Part shown: in pieces, positions 1 to 11,999 of the stretch
Position numbering within the stretch: position 1 is the stretch's first letter
Layout: the number at the start of each line of letters is the position of its first letter
Assembly (NCBI GenBank): GCA_003427395.1
Contig: BFEA01000026.1
Coordinates: 4,080,404-4,144,403, forward strand
DNA: 64,000 nucleotides
Reading direction: 5' to 3'
Origin: Chara braunii
Taxonomy: Eukaryota > Plantae > Charophyceae
Notes under the pieces: model-generated
Told to the model about the DNA's origin: nothing
Seen by the model: only the letters and a program-made list of their open reading frames with translations
Databases searched by the model: none
Position numbers and translations under genes: made by a program

Positions 1-619
1 TTTCTCTTGTCTGCTCTACCCCCTGGGAGTTTTGTACATATAAGGTATAAGCAATAATTGATTGGTAGTGATCAAGAGCAGTGCAATCCTTCTCAGCCTT
101 CCAATGTAATCTTCCATCAACTCTCTCTAATCATCCCTACTCAATCTTCTGTCATACCTCTTTATAGTACCCCAAATCATAAAATATCGAGTCAGGTCTA
201 TAATCTCATAATCAAATTGCATCATTTACAGCCCACTGTTAATCCTTCTTGCAAGAGAGACCCGTTCCTGAAAAGTGTGGTATGATACTCTCTCAATAGT
301 TCTCATTTTCACCAACCTTAATAGATAGCTTATCTCAGTCTGATCAGTGATAATTCTCAAAGCAGAATCTCTTATGCGATCTAAGAGAGGCTTTAAAAAC
401 TCAAACTCATCCAGGGTAGAAAGATTTCTGTCAGAGATCCGAAGACTCCCCTTCTACCTTGACTACTCTACCTTCCAACACAACTCCTACTGTCAACTGT
501 TCAGTCAAGCTGGGTTTATCATAAACAACATCTGAAAGGTAGATCTCATGTTAGACATAATCAGAGATCTCGAATCTGTGTTCAAAGGTACTAAGGAGTA
601 GGGATTTTATCATCACAGT

Positions 620-1040
620 GGAGTCTTTTTCTCTCGCTCTACCGATCTCAGCAATGACTTCCAACAAAGACATTCAATCTCTTCTGTCTTCAAATCTTTT
701 AGTAATTGAAAACTCAGGAAGCCTCTCAAATTGTCTTACTTTTTTTCCAGGTTACTTTTCTCTTTAACTTTCCAAGCCACTCCTTGGTTCTTATGAGACT
801 AATATAAGCACCTTTCTGACACTTAAAGTAGTCATCTTCCTCTTCTAGGCCCGCTGGTACATAAATCCATACGTCCAGGCTGCTTGTACTCAGGAATTTG
901 ACCACTTGAATGTGAAATATTATGTGCCCTCTCTCACAAGTCTCATATCTCAGGATCACAAAANGATTATCACACCCTATCACCTCATAGAGTTTACCCC
1001 TCACAGTAGTTATCTTGGCTACTGAGAGTATTCTTCTTGG
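620..1040 (-). pseudogene. Family A copy 4 (most diverged)
   Basis: ORF 726..1082 has RYE...KF....LDVWIYVP; downstream frames give LPEFSI / DLKTED*MSLLEV, where the conserved Trp codon appears as TGA. Confidence 0.4.
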
Positions 1041-1513
1041 ACTCTCTTCACTTTCCATGCAAACTTTATCATGGCACACCAATTGTTTTTAGATAGATTG
1101 ATATCAGGTAAGGGAGGGACTGAGAATCCATCTAAGACAGTAAATCGGGTCGACCCAGTGCAGCATTTGTTCTCTCTCTCAAGGCTCTCTTTCTCTCTCA
1201 GTACTACCTCTTCAGCAAATCCTCAGTATCTCTCATACACTGCATCAACACTTCTTTCCTTTGGGACATAGATTCTTACGTCATACACATCCAGGTATGT
1301 GAAATAGAATGTCAGTACATATAATCGTTCATGCTCCCATCCGCTCTCGACCATCTCATACCTGACAACTTCATATGAAAATGCCTCCCTCTTGCTTAGA
1401 GTATTCAGCGACCTCAGGAGACATTCGACCTTCTCTTGATTTGGACCCGAACCTCTGGCAAAATTTGACCTTCTTTGTCTAATTACTTCTGCTGAAATCT
1501 CTTTAACTCTCAT
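1019..1513 (-). pseudogene. Family A copy 3 (premature stop at 1223)
   Basis: LNTLSKREAFSY...DVYDVRIYVPK; the in-frame continuation after TGA gives REKESLERE...SVPPLPDINLSKNNWCAMIKFA, matching the copy 1 C-terminal block, and ends at TAG 1019. Confidence 0.6.
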
Positions 1514-1529
1514 GTCCACCGTTTCTTTT

Positions 1530-1918
1530 CTCTCTGGTTAATACCATGTTGATTATATCGGCAGCCAGCTAGTCCTATCACAATAGTTGTCAGGTATAGG
1601 AGGGATTGTAACAGTCTTGTACGTTACTGACATTATAACTCATTCCACTTTCTTCTTTTGCTTGATCAAGTCTGTCTTATCATCGTAAATAAATTGGATC
1701 ACGATCTCCCATAACGAATTAAAATCCTCACCATCATTGCTGCCCCCTTTCTTGACATATGAGCGAATATCATACATATCTCCCTCCAAGAACTGAGTAA
1801 GTACTATGCAGATGGTTGAGCCACAAGAATGATAACCCCAACAAGCCTCATACCTGTAACGAAATATTCCTCTCGTGGTAAATTTAGACAATTCTTTCAG
1901 AGCATCGTCGACCAGCAT
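1530..1918 (-). pseudogene. Family A copy 2 (premature stop at 1640)
   Basis: ORF 1640..1918 has GIFRYRY...FLEGDMYDIRSYVKKG; read past the TGA it continues VIMSVTYKTVTIPPIPDNYCDRTSWL, matching PKPQVPSLLTDDTSWL of copy 1. Confidence 0.65.
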
Positions 1919-2735
1919 TTGTCTCGGTCCGTTTCACTCTCTTCCTTTCAATTCCCTTCAGTGTGCTGGGAGATAATTGGGCATACCTGGTGTCAAGCTC
2001 GATTCTCTCCAGTCAATAATATCAATCTCCTTTCCCGATCCAGTGTGGTACCTCACACAAGGAAAAAAAATAAATCACAGTTAGCCGTTGTGATTCTCAA
2101 GAAAATCGAGACTTAAATGAGAATAATAAAATTGACAAGAAGCTCACAAAAATGTCAACAGTTCTCACGTCTTAATCAAAGCTCAAAGATGATGATGACC
2201 CAGGCTCGTTCCGGACAAAAAAATCCTTTCATGTCCACGGCAACGACGCCATTTTTGTCGCACTTCTTAGTCGGACCTACTTCGGGTGACCGGAAAGCCA
2301 ACAGGCTGTCACGCAGGATTTTTTGTAAGTCATTGCAATAAATAAAATAAATTAAATAATGCAAATCCCTTCCTGTTGTGTGCGTCCGGCTTCGAGCGAG
2401 ACCCTTCGATTGCGGTCTTCGCCGGTCCCCGGTCTTAGGAATCTTTTATTTTGATTCGGAACAGCAAAGAATTATGCAAGTAATAATCATAAAATTATGG
2501 GGTGCTGTACATGCATCAATTATGTCAATCTGATTTTGAGAACTGTGACAAAACATCCACGAAGGCAATCATCAAGCAAGAATAATGCAGAAAATAAGAC
2601 TGAATGACTCGAGCAAAGACAGGGGCAATTGAATGAGGGAAGAATAAGAGCTCATAATAATCTCAGAAAGTACACATAAACAAGCGTGGTCAGCACCTCT
2701 CAAGAGTCCTCACTCATCCCTCTGGTCAGTCTCTC

Positions 2736-3398
2736 TCAATCTCTTTTAACCGATCTTTTCTGGTGCCGAGTCCCACGCCCACGTACAATCTGAGACTGAG
2801 GCTTCGTGACAAAATGCCACCTGTAGCCAGCAAGCTCTGAGCACGACCAGCCAAGGTACATAATGCGGTAGTTAACCATGGAGCAAAACTCCTCCCACAA
2901 AGTAGGCAGTCCGTCCACTGAGAAAACCCCTCGTTTGAAGTAGGGAAACTCGGTGGGCTCGGTCAACGCCTCGATGTCGATCACCGCCGGAGAGATGTAT
3001 CTCTTTGCCAAACCAATCACATCCAGCCAACTAGTGTCATCTGTGAGAAGAGAAGGGACTTGAGGCTTAGGATAGTCTGTATAAAGCATTGGCCCGAAGC
3101 TGCGGATCAACGTAGTGCCACTCTCATCGAGCTCCCTCTCTCTCTGCTCAAGGTATTCGGTGGTTGAGATACAGACTGGATCGAAGTGCTCATGAGTCTC
3201 CTTGCCCTTCTTCAAGTAAGGCCTCAGATCGTGGATAGTGCCATCAACAAAACTGGTCTCGACAACGAAGATTGACAGATCTCCCTGTCCGAAACCAGTG
3301 GCACTGACATACTGATAATGAAAAGCCTCTTTGCATGAAATCCGATTGAGGTTGGCCAACACTGACTCACTGACCGACGTAGACTGAACTGTGCTCAT
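2736..3398 (-). CDS. Orphan protein, family A copy 1 (about 220 aa, intact; first ATG at MSTVQ)
   Basis: Open frame; shares LxxL..F.Y.Y, F..G...D[LIV]R.Y[LV]KKG and P.P...D.TSWL motifs with the downstream ORFs. Confidence 0.7.
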   Translation of the reverse strand: MSTVQSTSVSESVLANLNRISCKEAFHYQYVSATGFGQGDLSIFVVETSFVDGTIHDLRPYLKKGKETHEHFDPVCISTTEYLEQRERELDESGTTLIRSFGPMLYTDYPKPQVPSLLTDDTSWLDVIGLAKRYISPAVIDIEALTEPTEFPYFKRGVFSVDGLPTLWEEFCSMVNYRIMYLGWSCSELAGYRWHFVTKPQSQIVRGRGTRHQKRSVKRD

Positions 3399-3579
3399 GA
3401 GTACTCTTGCCAATACAAGTTGACCAGATAGTCTTGGAGAACTGGCTACCCAACTGAATGCTGAAACTGATAGCTAGAAACTGATCACTAGTAACTGACT
3501 GCTGATGATTAACTGCTGATTAGTTGATTGGTGAATGTCCGGATAAGTGAGCTGCTCCTATTCGGAGGCTAATCACTCA

Positions 3580-3831
3580 CTAATGGCTGCCAATAGTCCT
3601 CCTTGCTTCCTCAACAGTACCCACAGAAGTTATAGTGACAGATAGTCTGCCATTCCTATCGTGCAGGTAGTATATGTACTTGATTTTTGTGTGATTCCCC
3701 ACGAGTCCCAGTGCATATTCCATCATCATAATAGTCTGCAGATTGTATTCCTCAACTGCATTCTCCCTCCAGGTCTCCACAGTGCTCTGATACAGCGAGC
3801 AGGAGACCCTAACTGTGTTGCCGCTCTCCAT
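3580..3831 (-). CDS. Small orphan protein, family B copy 1 (83 aa)
   Basis: Intact ATG-to-stop ORF; ungapped paralog of 4688..4942. Confidence 0.7.
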   Translation of the reverse strand: MESGNTVRVSCSLYQSTVETWRENAVEEYNLQTIMMMEYALGLVGNHTKIKYIYYLHDRNGRLSVTITSVGTVEEARRTIGSH

Positions 3832-4687
3832 ATCCTCACTTCGCTACATCAATTCACCCAACTTGAGACAGGTGACTCTCGGATGATTCAGGTACAAAAA
3901 GGCTATTGGGTTGATTGCCGAACTGCTGAAAGCTGGTTGCTGATAACTAACTGTTGTTTTCTGAGTGCCGCACCTTGATGCCGATTAGGAAACTGAACGA
4001 TTGCTGATCTGACTGCGTTTTCTGATTACTTGTTGATCTAATTGTTGATCTGAATACCTCCTCTGAATGCCGGTTAGGATGCTGATTGGATGTAGGATGA
4101 TTGCTGTTTGATTGTCTGCCTTGAATATTTGCTCTGAAGTGTTGTTCTGATAAGCTGTTCTAAGGTACTGTTCTGAAGCACCGTTCTAATATACTTTTAT
4201 GAAATGTTGTTATGAAGTTAATTAACCCCTGATCGAGGAACAGGATATCACTGAATAAGTGATGACTTGGGGAGCTGAGTATTGCTAACTAGTATTTCGG
4301 CATCTGAGACTTTGGTTGAACGCTGATGAAGTTTTGATCACACACTTGCACAATTTCAGGCCACTCGCTAGCAACGTGGTGTGTCGATTGATAGATGAAA
4401 GATCACTTTCTAAGAAATGACTGTGTGCCGCTGGGTCTCGCCAACTGCACTGAGTACTGGTCACCGCCAACAGCGCTGAATACTACACGAAATGTGTATT
4501 GGCAGTGCACCAATCAAACGTTGATTGATACCGAATTGCACGCTGATTAGCCGATGCCTGGTCAGATTAGTTGACAGCTGCTCACGTACAAGTTTGAACA
4601 TTAACTGATTATTGGTCAAACAAGCAGACTTTAGGCACCACTGTGCTACGTCAACACACATCAAACACCCTTCACTCTTCTTAACCT

Positions 4688-4942
4688 TTACTGGCTGGCA
4701 TTGATGATCTCCCGGGCTCGCTCAATTGTCTCAGCGGAGGAATAAGTGCTGTGTATTTTCCCATCGGTTCCGCGGAAATAGGTGACGTACTCAATAAATC
4801 TTTTTTCCCCTGCTATTCTGACTGCATGTTCCCTTTGAAGTTGCTTATTAGAGCTCCCATCACGGCATGCGTCACCTTCCCATCCTTCCCCTTTGTCTCT
4901 GTTCACCCAACACTTTATCACCAGCACTTCTTCACTCGCCAT
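4688..4942 (-). CDS. Small orphan protein, family B copy 2 (84 aa)
   Basis: Intact ATG-to-stop ORF; aligns without gaps to 3580..3831 with 20/83 identities by manual count (including C11, W21, E38-x-A40, G45, I50-x-Y52-xx-Y55, G61, T72-x-E74-x-AR). Confidence 0.7.
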   Translation of the reverse strand: MASEEVLVIKCWVNRDKGEGWEGDACRDGSSNKQLQREHAVRIAGEKRFIEYVTYFRGTDGKIHSTYSSAETIERAREIINASQ

Positions 4943-6232
4943 GGTTTTCTCACACTTTCAACCTCGATCATGAATGGACTGACTGTGCCTTATATTGGTG
5001 GGGTCAAGCACACAACAGACTACCGCTACGAGCTTAGGAGGCTTCCCAAGGGTCTCTACCTGAATGTATAGAGTTGATAAGAGAGAGTTGGACTCACTCT
5101 TTTACGTGTCTGAACCCGAATATGCAGAACTTACGGATAATGTATAACTGACTTTGCCCGATATCATTCAAATTCTAGGCTAGCCCTTCAGATTTCCGCA
5201 TGAGTCCACGAGAGGGCCATTAAGGTTCAACCTGAGTTTTACTTGTCTGAAACCGAGTCAAAATTACTCGAGGTTGGTTGTCCAAGTCTGATTTGCCTGA
5301 CAATCAATGCACAGCTGGCATCAACTTCATCTGATATTTACGCATTGGCTGGCTCCATCTCCATCCAACTTTCAACATATAAGATAACACTCGCTGCTTA
5401 TCCTTGGCCTCTACTGTCGGCTAGATCACGCAAGGACAAATTTGTTGAGAAGCGGCGTACTTCCCTAATGTTATGACCTCGTAGGGCTTCAAACATGACC
5501 CAACCAGGTTTTGCTCAATTTTCAGTTCTAAATACTGGGGGAAATTTCAGGGCATACGTCGTGCGGAGAGGCCATACGAAATGGGCCCTATTCAGACATG
5601 GCTCCGAGGCGCACAACGATTCAACCCGCCCGTTGTCGGTTACCCAACAAGCCTGCAACTTAAGCCTGTGAGTAACTCAACAGTTAGTCACTATCCATAA
5701 GGGACTTGGCCAATAAATACACGATTTCCCTTAGGACGCGCTGCCTTTTGCCCATCCAAAACTTACTTTAATCACGAACTTCAGTACTCACCAAGACTCG
5801 CCCGAGACAAAACAGACCAGTGTAAACAGACAGGTCCCACCCTTCGAGTTTGTCCACTCAGTACGCACTTTGGTTCCCCGAAAGATCAAACTCACGGTTG
5901 AGACTCTCGTCTGAACGGTGATATGAACCCAGAGACGATAGAAGAGTTAAATGAATAAGCAAGTAAAAGGGATTTTCCTTTTTCGAATCACTGCCAGCCA
6001 ACCACTTTATTTACCAGGCAACTTTTAGTATGTTTGCTCAAGCTTTCATGGTGACTGCAATTTCCAGCATCGTCAGCCTTATTTCACGGTAGTTTTCAGT
6101 TGACTACTGAAGTAGCCTAGAGAAACATTCACATGCTCAGCTATTTTCTGATCAAGAATGAACTTGCACAACCACAAATAGGTATACGATTAGACGCACA
6201 CGTGTAAACCTTGACGGCCATACACTCATGTA

Positions 6233-6495
6233 GTCAACAGTATAATCGTGCAGCGCAGTTGCACTATGTGATCGCATGACAATAGTCACACCGTGTAATC
6301 ACGCAGCAGTGTAATTACACAGTATAGCCATGTCGTGCGGTCACGCTATGTGATCGCATGGCATCAGTCACACAGTGTAATCACGCAGAAGTGTAGCCAC
6401 ACAGTATAGCCATGCCGTGCGGTCACACTATGTGATCGCGCGACATTAGTCACACAGTGTAATAACGCAGCAGTGCAACNACATCGTATGATCAA
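6233..6495. repeat. Minisatellite, about 82-bp unit, about 3 copies
   Basis: gtcacacagtgtaatcacgcag...ctatgtgatcgc recurs at about 6285, 6367 and 6449, with a partial unit at 6233. Confidence 0.85.
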
Positions 6496-9468
6496 CACTG
6501 TGTTGTCACACACAAATGATAGAAAACGAAAAAGGGGTTGAATTCTTATTGCATTCTTGACTTCCACTTTGTGGGGCCTAAGCTCTTGAATACAAGGAAG
6601 TACTTCTCTTTAACCTTGCCAAGAAGTCACGTAGCCCACTCATTATAAGCAGCACACCAAAACAGACAAAACCCGCTAAAAATTAAATTTACTCAACCCC
6701 AACCTCGCTAAAAACTTGAACCAACCTACCATACACTGAATTACTTCAGTGATAGGTACGATTGAATCGATGTTACGAACTGAGGCTACCCCTTCGTTCA
6801 TACACCTACACGGTCTATTGAGAGCTTATTTCTTCTTTATTGTGCAGTATGATCAATAAATGACGATCAATCGCACTGGTTACCTGAACTAAGAGGGAGA
6901 CTAAAATTTAGTGAAAACGGAAAGAGAATTGTATCTTGCGTGACTCAGCATCTTATCTGAAATCTTGGTTGAGACNGTTATAGAGAAAACACATTAACGA
7001 CTCTTAATTGCNATCCCCTTATCAGGTTGAAAGTCACACTATAGTGACAGGGTGGTAGTCGTNAGTGCCTGCCGCCGGGTGAGTGAAGCCCTCTTCCTCG
7101 CAGATCTAGCTCATCTCAAACTCTATCTGCTCGTAGATAANTGACGCCCACCCTGAAGTTCTCTCCAGTCGGATCTTGAAATTCCTTTGGAGCCGCTGTC
7201 GTCAGCAAAAGAAGACGCTTCCTCCCCTTACCCTCCGTATACTCACATCTCCCTTTATTACTTCCCTTTTTGTGGCGCTCTGGATAAGGACCGATACACT
7301 AGGATCGACGTCAACCCTGGAACTCAACCATACCTCGCGTGAACCATTCCTCCGTTGCCACCCGACACCCTTTTCTCGCATTCCCCCGCCGAATGTCATA
7401 AGCTGGCATGACACGCGCGTCGTCGCTCCACTGTTTGACTTCAACCACCCCGCTTTCTCTCACGCGAGCCGATCTTTTCTCGCTTTCCTGGGCGGCCGCG
7501 CGTAACCTGTGTACTGCGCGCTTTCCTGATCACTCACTTCGTTCATGCACCTTCACCGAGTGAGCGAGGAGCACTCTAACAATATGCCGCTCTGGNGAAA
7601 TACGCAAGAGGTTCCCATGACCGAACGCCCGCTGAGTGACAAAGGAGAAGACCTCTTGGCAGGTCACTCTGGCACAATATTCCAACTCACCACAGCTCTA
7701 CAGTCGCTAGACGCCTTGAACGAGACGGGCAGCGGTTAACGTCAACCATACCTAGCAAGATCGTGTACTGCTCACCAGTGCTGCTCCTCTCTCTCGTTGG
7801 CTTCTCCTTGCTCTCTGATCTAAACGTGTCGTTCTCCCCTCTATTCCATGGGGTCTAAGTACGAAGTCATGCGAGCTTGCACGGGTCGGTTGACGTCAGT
7901 CGCTCTCCATAACCTTATCCCGTTCTCGCTCACGCCCACACTTGTTGACTGCCCTCTTCTTTCAGGCCTAGCCACCTGTCGCGCTTGTCGCTCTCTCTCC
8001 CTCTCTCTCCGGACACCACTCACTCTATTCAGACAGGTACGTCATTATCTCTCCATCATTGTTGTAGATGCTAAGCAATCACGAGAGCTTGCGAACAGTG
8101 GTTGACTTCAACCGCACTCTGCGAGTTCCCGTTCCTCTCTTCGTTGACATCTGTTCGCCCCCCCAACATATCGCATGTCCAATCTCATACCCGTTTCTTA
8201 CCTTTACTCGTTTTTTCTCCGGTCCCGCGGCCCCCGGTCCCGCGGCCTCTGGGAGTCGGTTGTCGCGAGCTGGCCTCAGGTCCCTTTTCCACCGGCTCCG
8301 CAGCTCGGTGGTGCTTTTGGATCTCCTCGGGTCTGTTCCAGGACCTGAGATCCGTCTCTCGGTCCGCCTCGCTCATTTCACTTTCCCCACCTGAGTCTCT
8401 CTCATTATGTTGTTCCTCCCTTGTCTCGGTCCCAGTTGATCACTCGGTCTCGTGATAGATGTCCGTCACCCTCNAGCCCACAGTCACCCCATCTCGTCTA
8501 CACCTCCGTTCCNCCCTGTCGCGCGCTTCGGAAATGGCAGCCTGCAGCCTCTGATCACCTCGCATCTCCTCCTCTCTCCCCCCTTCTATGCAGACCTTCA
8601 GTCGGACTACCTTTCCCCCATCATAGTTCAGAGCCGTCGTAATCAGAGGACCTTCACCCGACACTGGAACCCAGCGCACCGTGTGCCGCCAACTGCCAGG
8701 CCTATAGCCATGTAGCGCCATGACTGGTCTCAAAATCAGACAAAACCTTGGTCCTAGGCACAGACAATGGGCATCCGCTAAACGTCCGCTATTCTGTACC
8801 CTTTACCTCGGTCGATTGGCGCTCGCACAGCAAAGTGGCTGGTGCACTAACGTCACGAAGCAGTCCGCTAGCGNCCTCCTGATCAGCCNCTAGATAGCCA
8901 AGTCTCAGTCCGCTTTTTCCCTTTTTATACGATCGGTCGTATGCTGTGACCCCAACGTTCTAATCGAGGCACCCTCTGAAACTCTGCTCATCAGTAACCT
9001 GGGGCCATATAATTAATTAAATGAAACAAACAATANAATAAAAGCGGATCAAAATAAAAATAGCGAAGTCTTAGTGGCCACCGGCGACTGCAGACTTTCT
9101 GCTATCGACCCCCGTCGTTTTGCCTCGCCGAGAAGCGACTGCGACCCTGAAGCGGTGGTCCCATAACGAGATCCCGACCGTCCGAGTTCTCACCTTNAAA
9201 GAAAGCGCTGTGCTATTTTTGTTGGGTGCCCGTGTCCGATGGAAAGGAGGGGGCTTATGAATCTCCACAGGGGGGAGTGATAGGCCTCCTACCGATGCGG
9301 CCGCGGGTTGCCCTCCTTTTGGGGTCTTATCGCGCAGCACCAGATCAGCCCTCCCGACCACCGATATGGAAATGACCAGTCAGATCCGTTCGAGCCACAG
9401 ACTACAGCCGCACTTAAAAATTGGACCGTTGGCCTTCCCGCGGCATGACTGATCGAAAAAACAGTGTC

Positions 9469-9512
9469 AATAATAATAATAATAATAATAACAATAATAA
9501 TAATAATAATAT
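9469..9512. repeat. (ATA)n microsatellite
   Basis: Direct sequence. Confidence 0.9.
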
Positions 9513-10163
9513 TAATCGCTGAAAAGGAAGGGGTGGCGTCCCAGAATTTCTCCGCGCAGCACCTTNGCCTAAACAGCGATCCACGTTCACTCACAAATCT
9601 AGCACCCGACTTTCAACCTTTCGCGTTNTTTTTCTCTCTTTTACTATTTTCTTTTTCTTTTTTTCCTCTTAGTCCTTACTGTATCTGCCTCTTAACCTGG
9701 CCATCGGGGTCCTACCGCGAGGTTCGGACGAATGGGTCTGATACAGGCGATATACAAGGTAGAGCCCCGTAGGTAGAGCCCCAGACCATAAGACCGCAGT
9801 TGCAGTTCGAAAACCCAAATCGGCGGCCTTCCCTGCGAAGTGACAGATCGACAGGCGGNAAACTGAAAAATAGGAAAATTAAGTAGTAACATTAATAATA
9901 ATAATAATAATGACAATCAGTAAGCAAAAATGGAAAGGGAATTGTAACATCACAGTGGCCTGAAGCCACTGGATTTTCCCCGAGCTAAAGTGAGTTCAAA
10001 TTCGGCGCTTTGTTTCCTCTTTTCTCTTTTCCCTTTTTATCAGCGACCTCTATTTCGTACACCTAACNCATAACCCTNTAGAGGGAATCTCAGCGTGCGA
10101 CAGAAAAGACCGCGCCAGTCCTTTCACTTCCGCGTCCCAGGGCGAACCCGGCGGCTACCACGG

Positions 10164-11378
10164 TCAGAGGCCGGTTGTGCTCTGCTGTACAGCAGGGCGC
10201 CGAGCCTGCGTGGACCAATGGAAGTCTTGTGGCGCACCCCTTTTGCTGAAGGCAACGCCACCGGGACTGGTCCACATCATACTGTAGCCCAGGTACCAGG
10301 TAGGGACTTGGCACACGGAGGAGGGCCGGGACACCGCGCCCTCCGACATAATACCAACCCCCCACCCAGCGTCCCCGCTGGGTCAAAGTTTTGCGACACG
10401 ATCCAGTATATAAAACAGCTACAATCGTCGACGTTTTCTTNCACTTCCGATGTAGCTTNCGTTGACGTCCGCGCCGCACTCTTGTGCAATTCTTTAGCGC
10501 TCTCTCTCTCTCTGCGCTCGTCCGGTGTCTTAGCGCTCACCCCTTTTCTCTTTGCACTAACCATCTCTCTGCGCTAGGCTTCTCTCATAGCGCTTGTTTT
10601 CTTTTTTTGCTTTCGTCTTTCCTTTTACAGTTGCACTCTCCTCCAGCGTTCGTTCTCACTTTGTAATCCAGCCTTCTCTCTTTGCGCCTCGGCGCTAGTT
10701 TTCTCTCTTTGCGCCTCGGCGCTAGTTTTCTCTCTTTCTTGTGCCCGCTTTCTCTCTCTGCGCTAACCTCTCTTTCTCAGAGTTTTCTTCCTCGCTCAAC
10801 AACTATCTTCTCACTTAATACCTACCTTCCCTCTTAACGCTCTTCTTGTCTCTTATGCAGTGTACCATAATCCTTCATAGCCGGTGCGTTTATAGTCTTG
10901 TCTTTATAAATCTCACTCATACAGTATTCTCGGCCATAGTCCTTGGAGATAGATCCACTGTCTTTTATCCTTTGCTTAACAGCTGCTTCGCTTTACATCA
11001 TGCCTGAGGCACGCCGCAGACAGGGTAGAGGAAGAGGAGGAAGGGACGGAAAAGCAAAGGAAGAACCGCCAGCTAGGGCTCGATGGGATTATAGCTCAGA
11101 GGAGGAGGAAGAGGAGGAGCCACGAGGCTATGGCAGTTTAAGGCCATACCCTTGCTACTCGTTAGGAGGGTGGTACCAACCCCCCACCCAGCATCACAGG
11201 CCGGTTGTACTCTGCTGTACAGCAGGGCGTGAAGCCTGCGTGGACCAATGGAAGTCTTGTGGCGCACCCCTTTTGCTGAAGGCAATGCCACCGGGACTGG
11301 TCCACATCATACTATAGCCCAGGTACCAGGTAGGGACTTGGCACACGGAGGAGGGTCGGGACACCGCGCCCTCCGACA
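10164..11378. mobile_element. TRIM-like / LTR remnant: two direct repeats of about 185 bp (10164-10348, 11194-11378)
   Basis: Near-identical direct repeats 1030 bp apart, both ending in GACA; purine run AGGAGGG then TGGTACCA before the second copy; mostly non-coding interior. Confidence 0.45.
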
Positions 11379-11414
11379 GCGCGCGCTGCCCCCGCTGCCC
11401 CCGCTGCGCCAGCT

Positions 11415-11452
<38 letters not shown>

Positions 11453-11817
11453 CGCCTGTGGTTGTGGGGGTGGGGCGAGCTCTCCCCCACCAACCAATCA
11501 ATCAATCANNNNNNNNNNNNNNNNNNNNNNNNNNNNNNNNNNNNNNNNNNNNNNNNNNNNNNNNNNNNNNNNNNNNNNNNNNNNNNNNNNNNNNNNNNNN
11601 NNNNNNNNNNNNNNNNNNNNNNNNNNNNNNNNNNNNNNNNNNNNNNNNNNNNNNNNNNNNNNNNNNNNNNNNNNNNNNNNNNNNNNNNNNNNNNNNNNNN
11701 NNNNNNNNNNNNNNNNNNNNNNNNNNNNNNNNNNNNNNNNNNNNNNNNNNNNNNNNNNNNNNNNNNNNNNNNNNNNNNNNNNNNNNNNNNNNNNNNNNNN
11801 NNNNNNNNNNNNNNNNN

Positions 11818-11873
<56 letters not shown>
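11415..11873. repeat. (GT)n and (ATCA)n microsatellites flanking an assembly gap
   Basis: Direct sequence. Confidence 0.9.
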
Positions 11874-11875
<2 letters not shown>

Positions 11876-11999
11876 GGTGGGGCGGGGCGACCCCGCCCCC
11901 ACCAATCAATCAATCAATGAATCAATCAACGAAAAAAAAGAAAAAGAAGAAAAAAAACGCGTTTTAATTTTTTTTTCAAATTTCGTTGTATTTCGCCCA

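Noticed and set aside
3784-3794. GCTCTGATACA resembling a reverse tRNA-Met PBS
   Set aside because: Lies inside the conserved family B ORF with no adjacent LTR; likely chance.
6233-6495. CRISPR-like periodic repeat
   Set aside because: The whole unit repeats with no unique spacers and there are no cas genes; it is an ordinary minisatellite.
9300-9830. Weak inverted repeat, possible foldback element
   Set aside because: Only short patches pair; no definable termini or TSD.
10143-10160. CGAACCCGGCGGCTACCA as a tRNA 3' end or PBS
   Set aside because: Spacing from the T-loop to CCA is too short and no cloverleaf forms.
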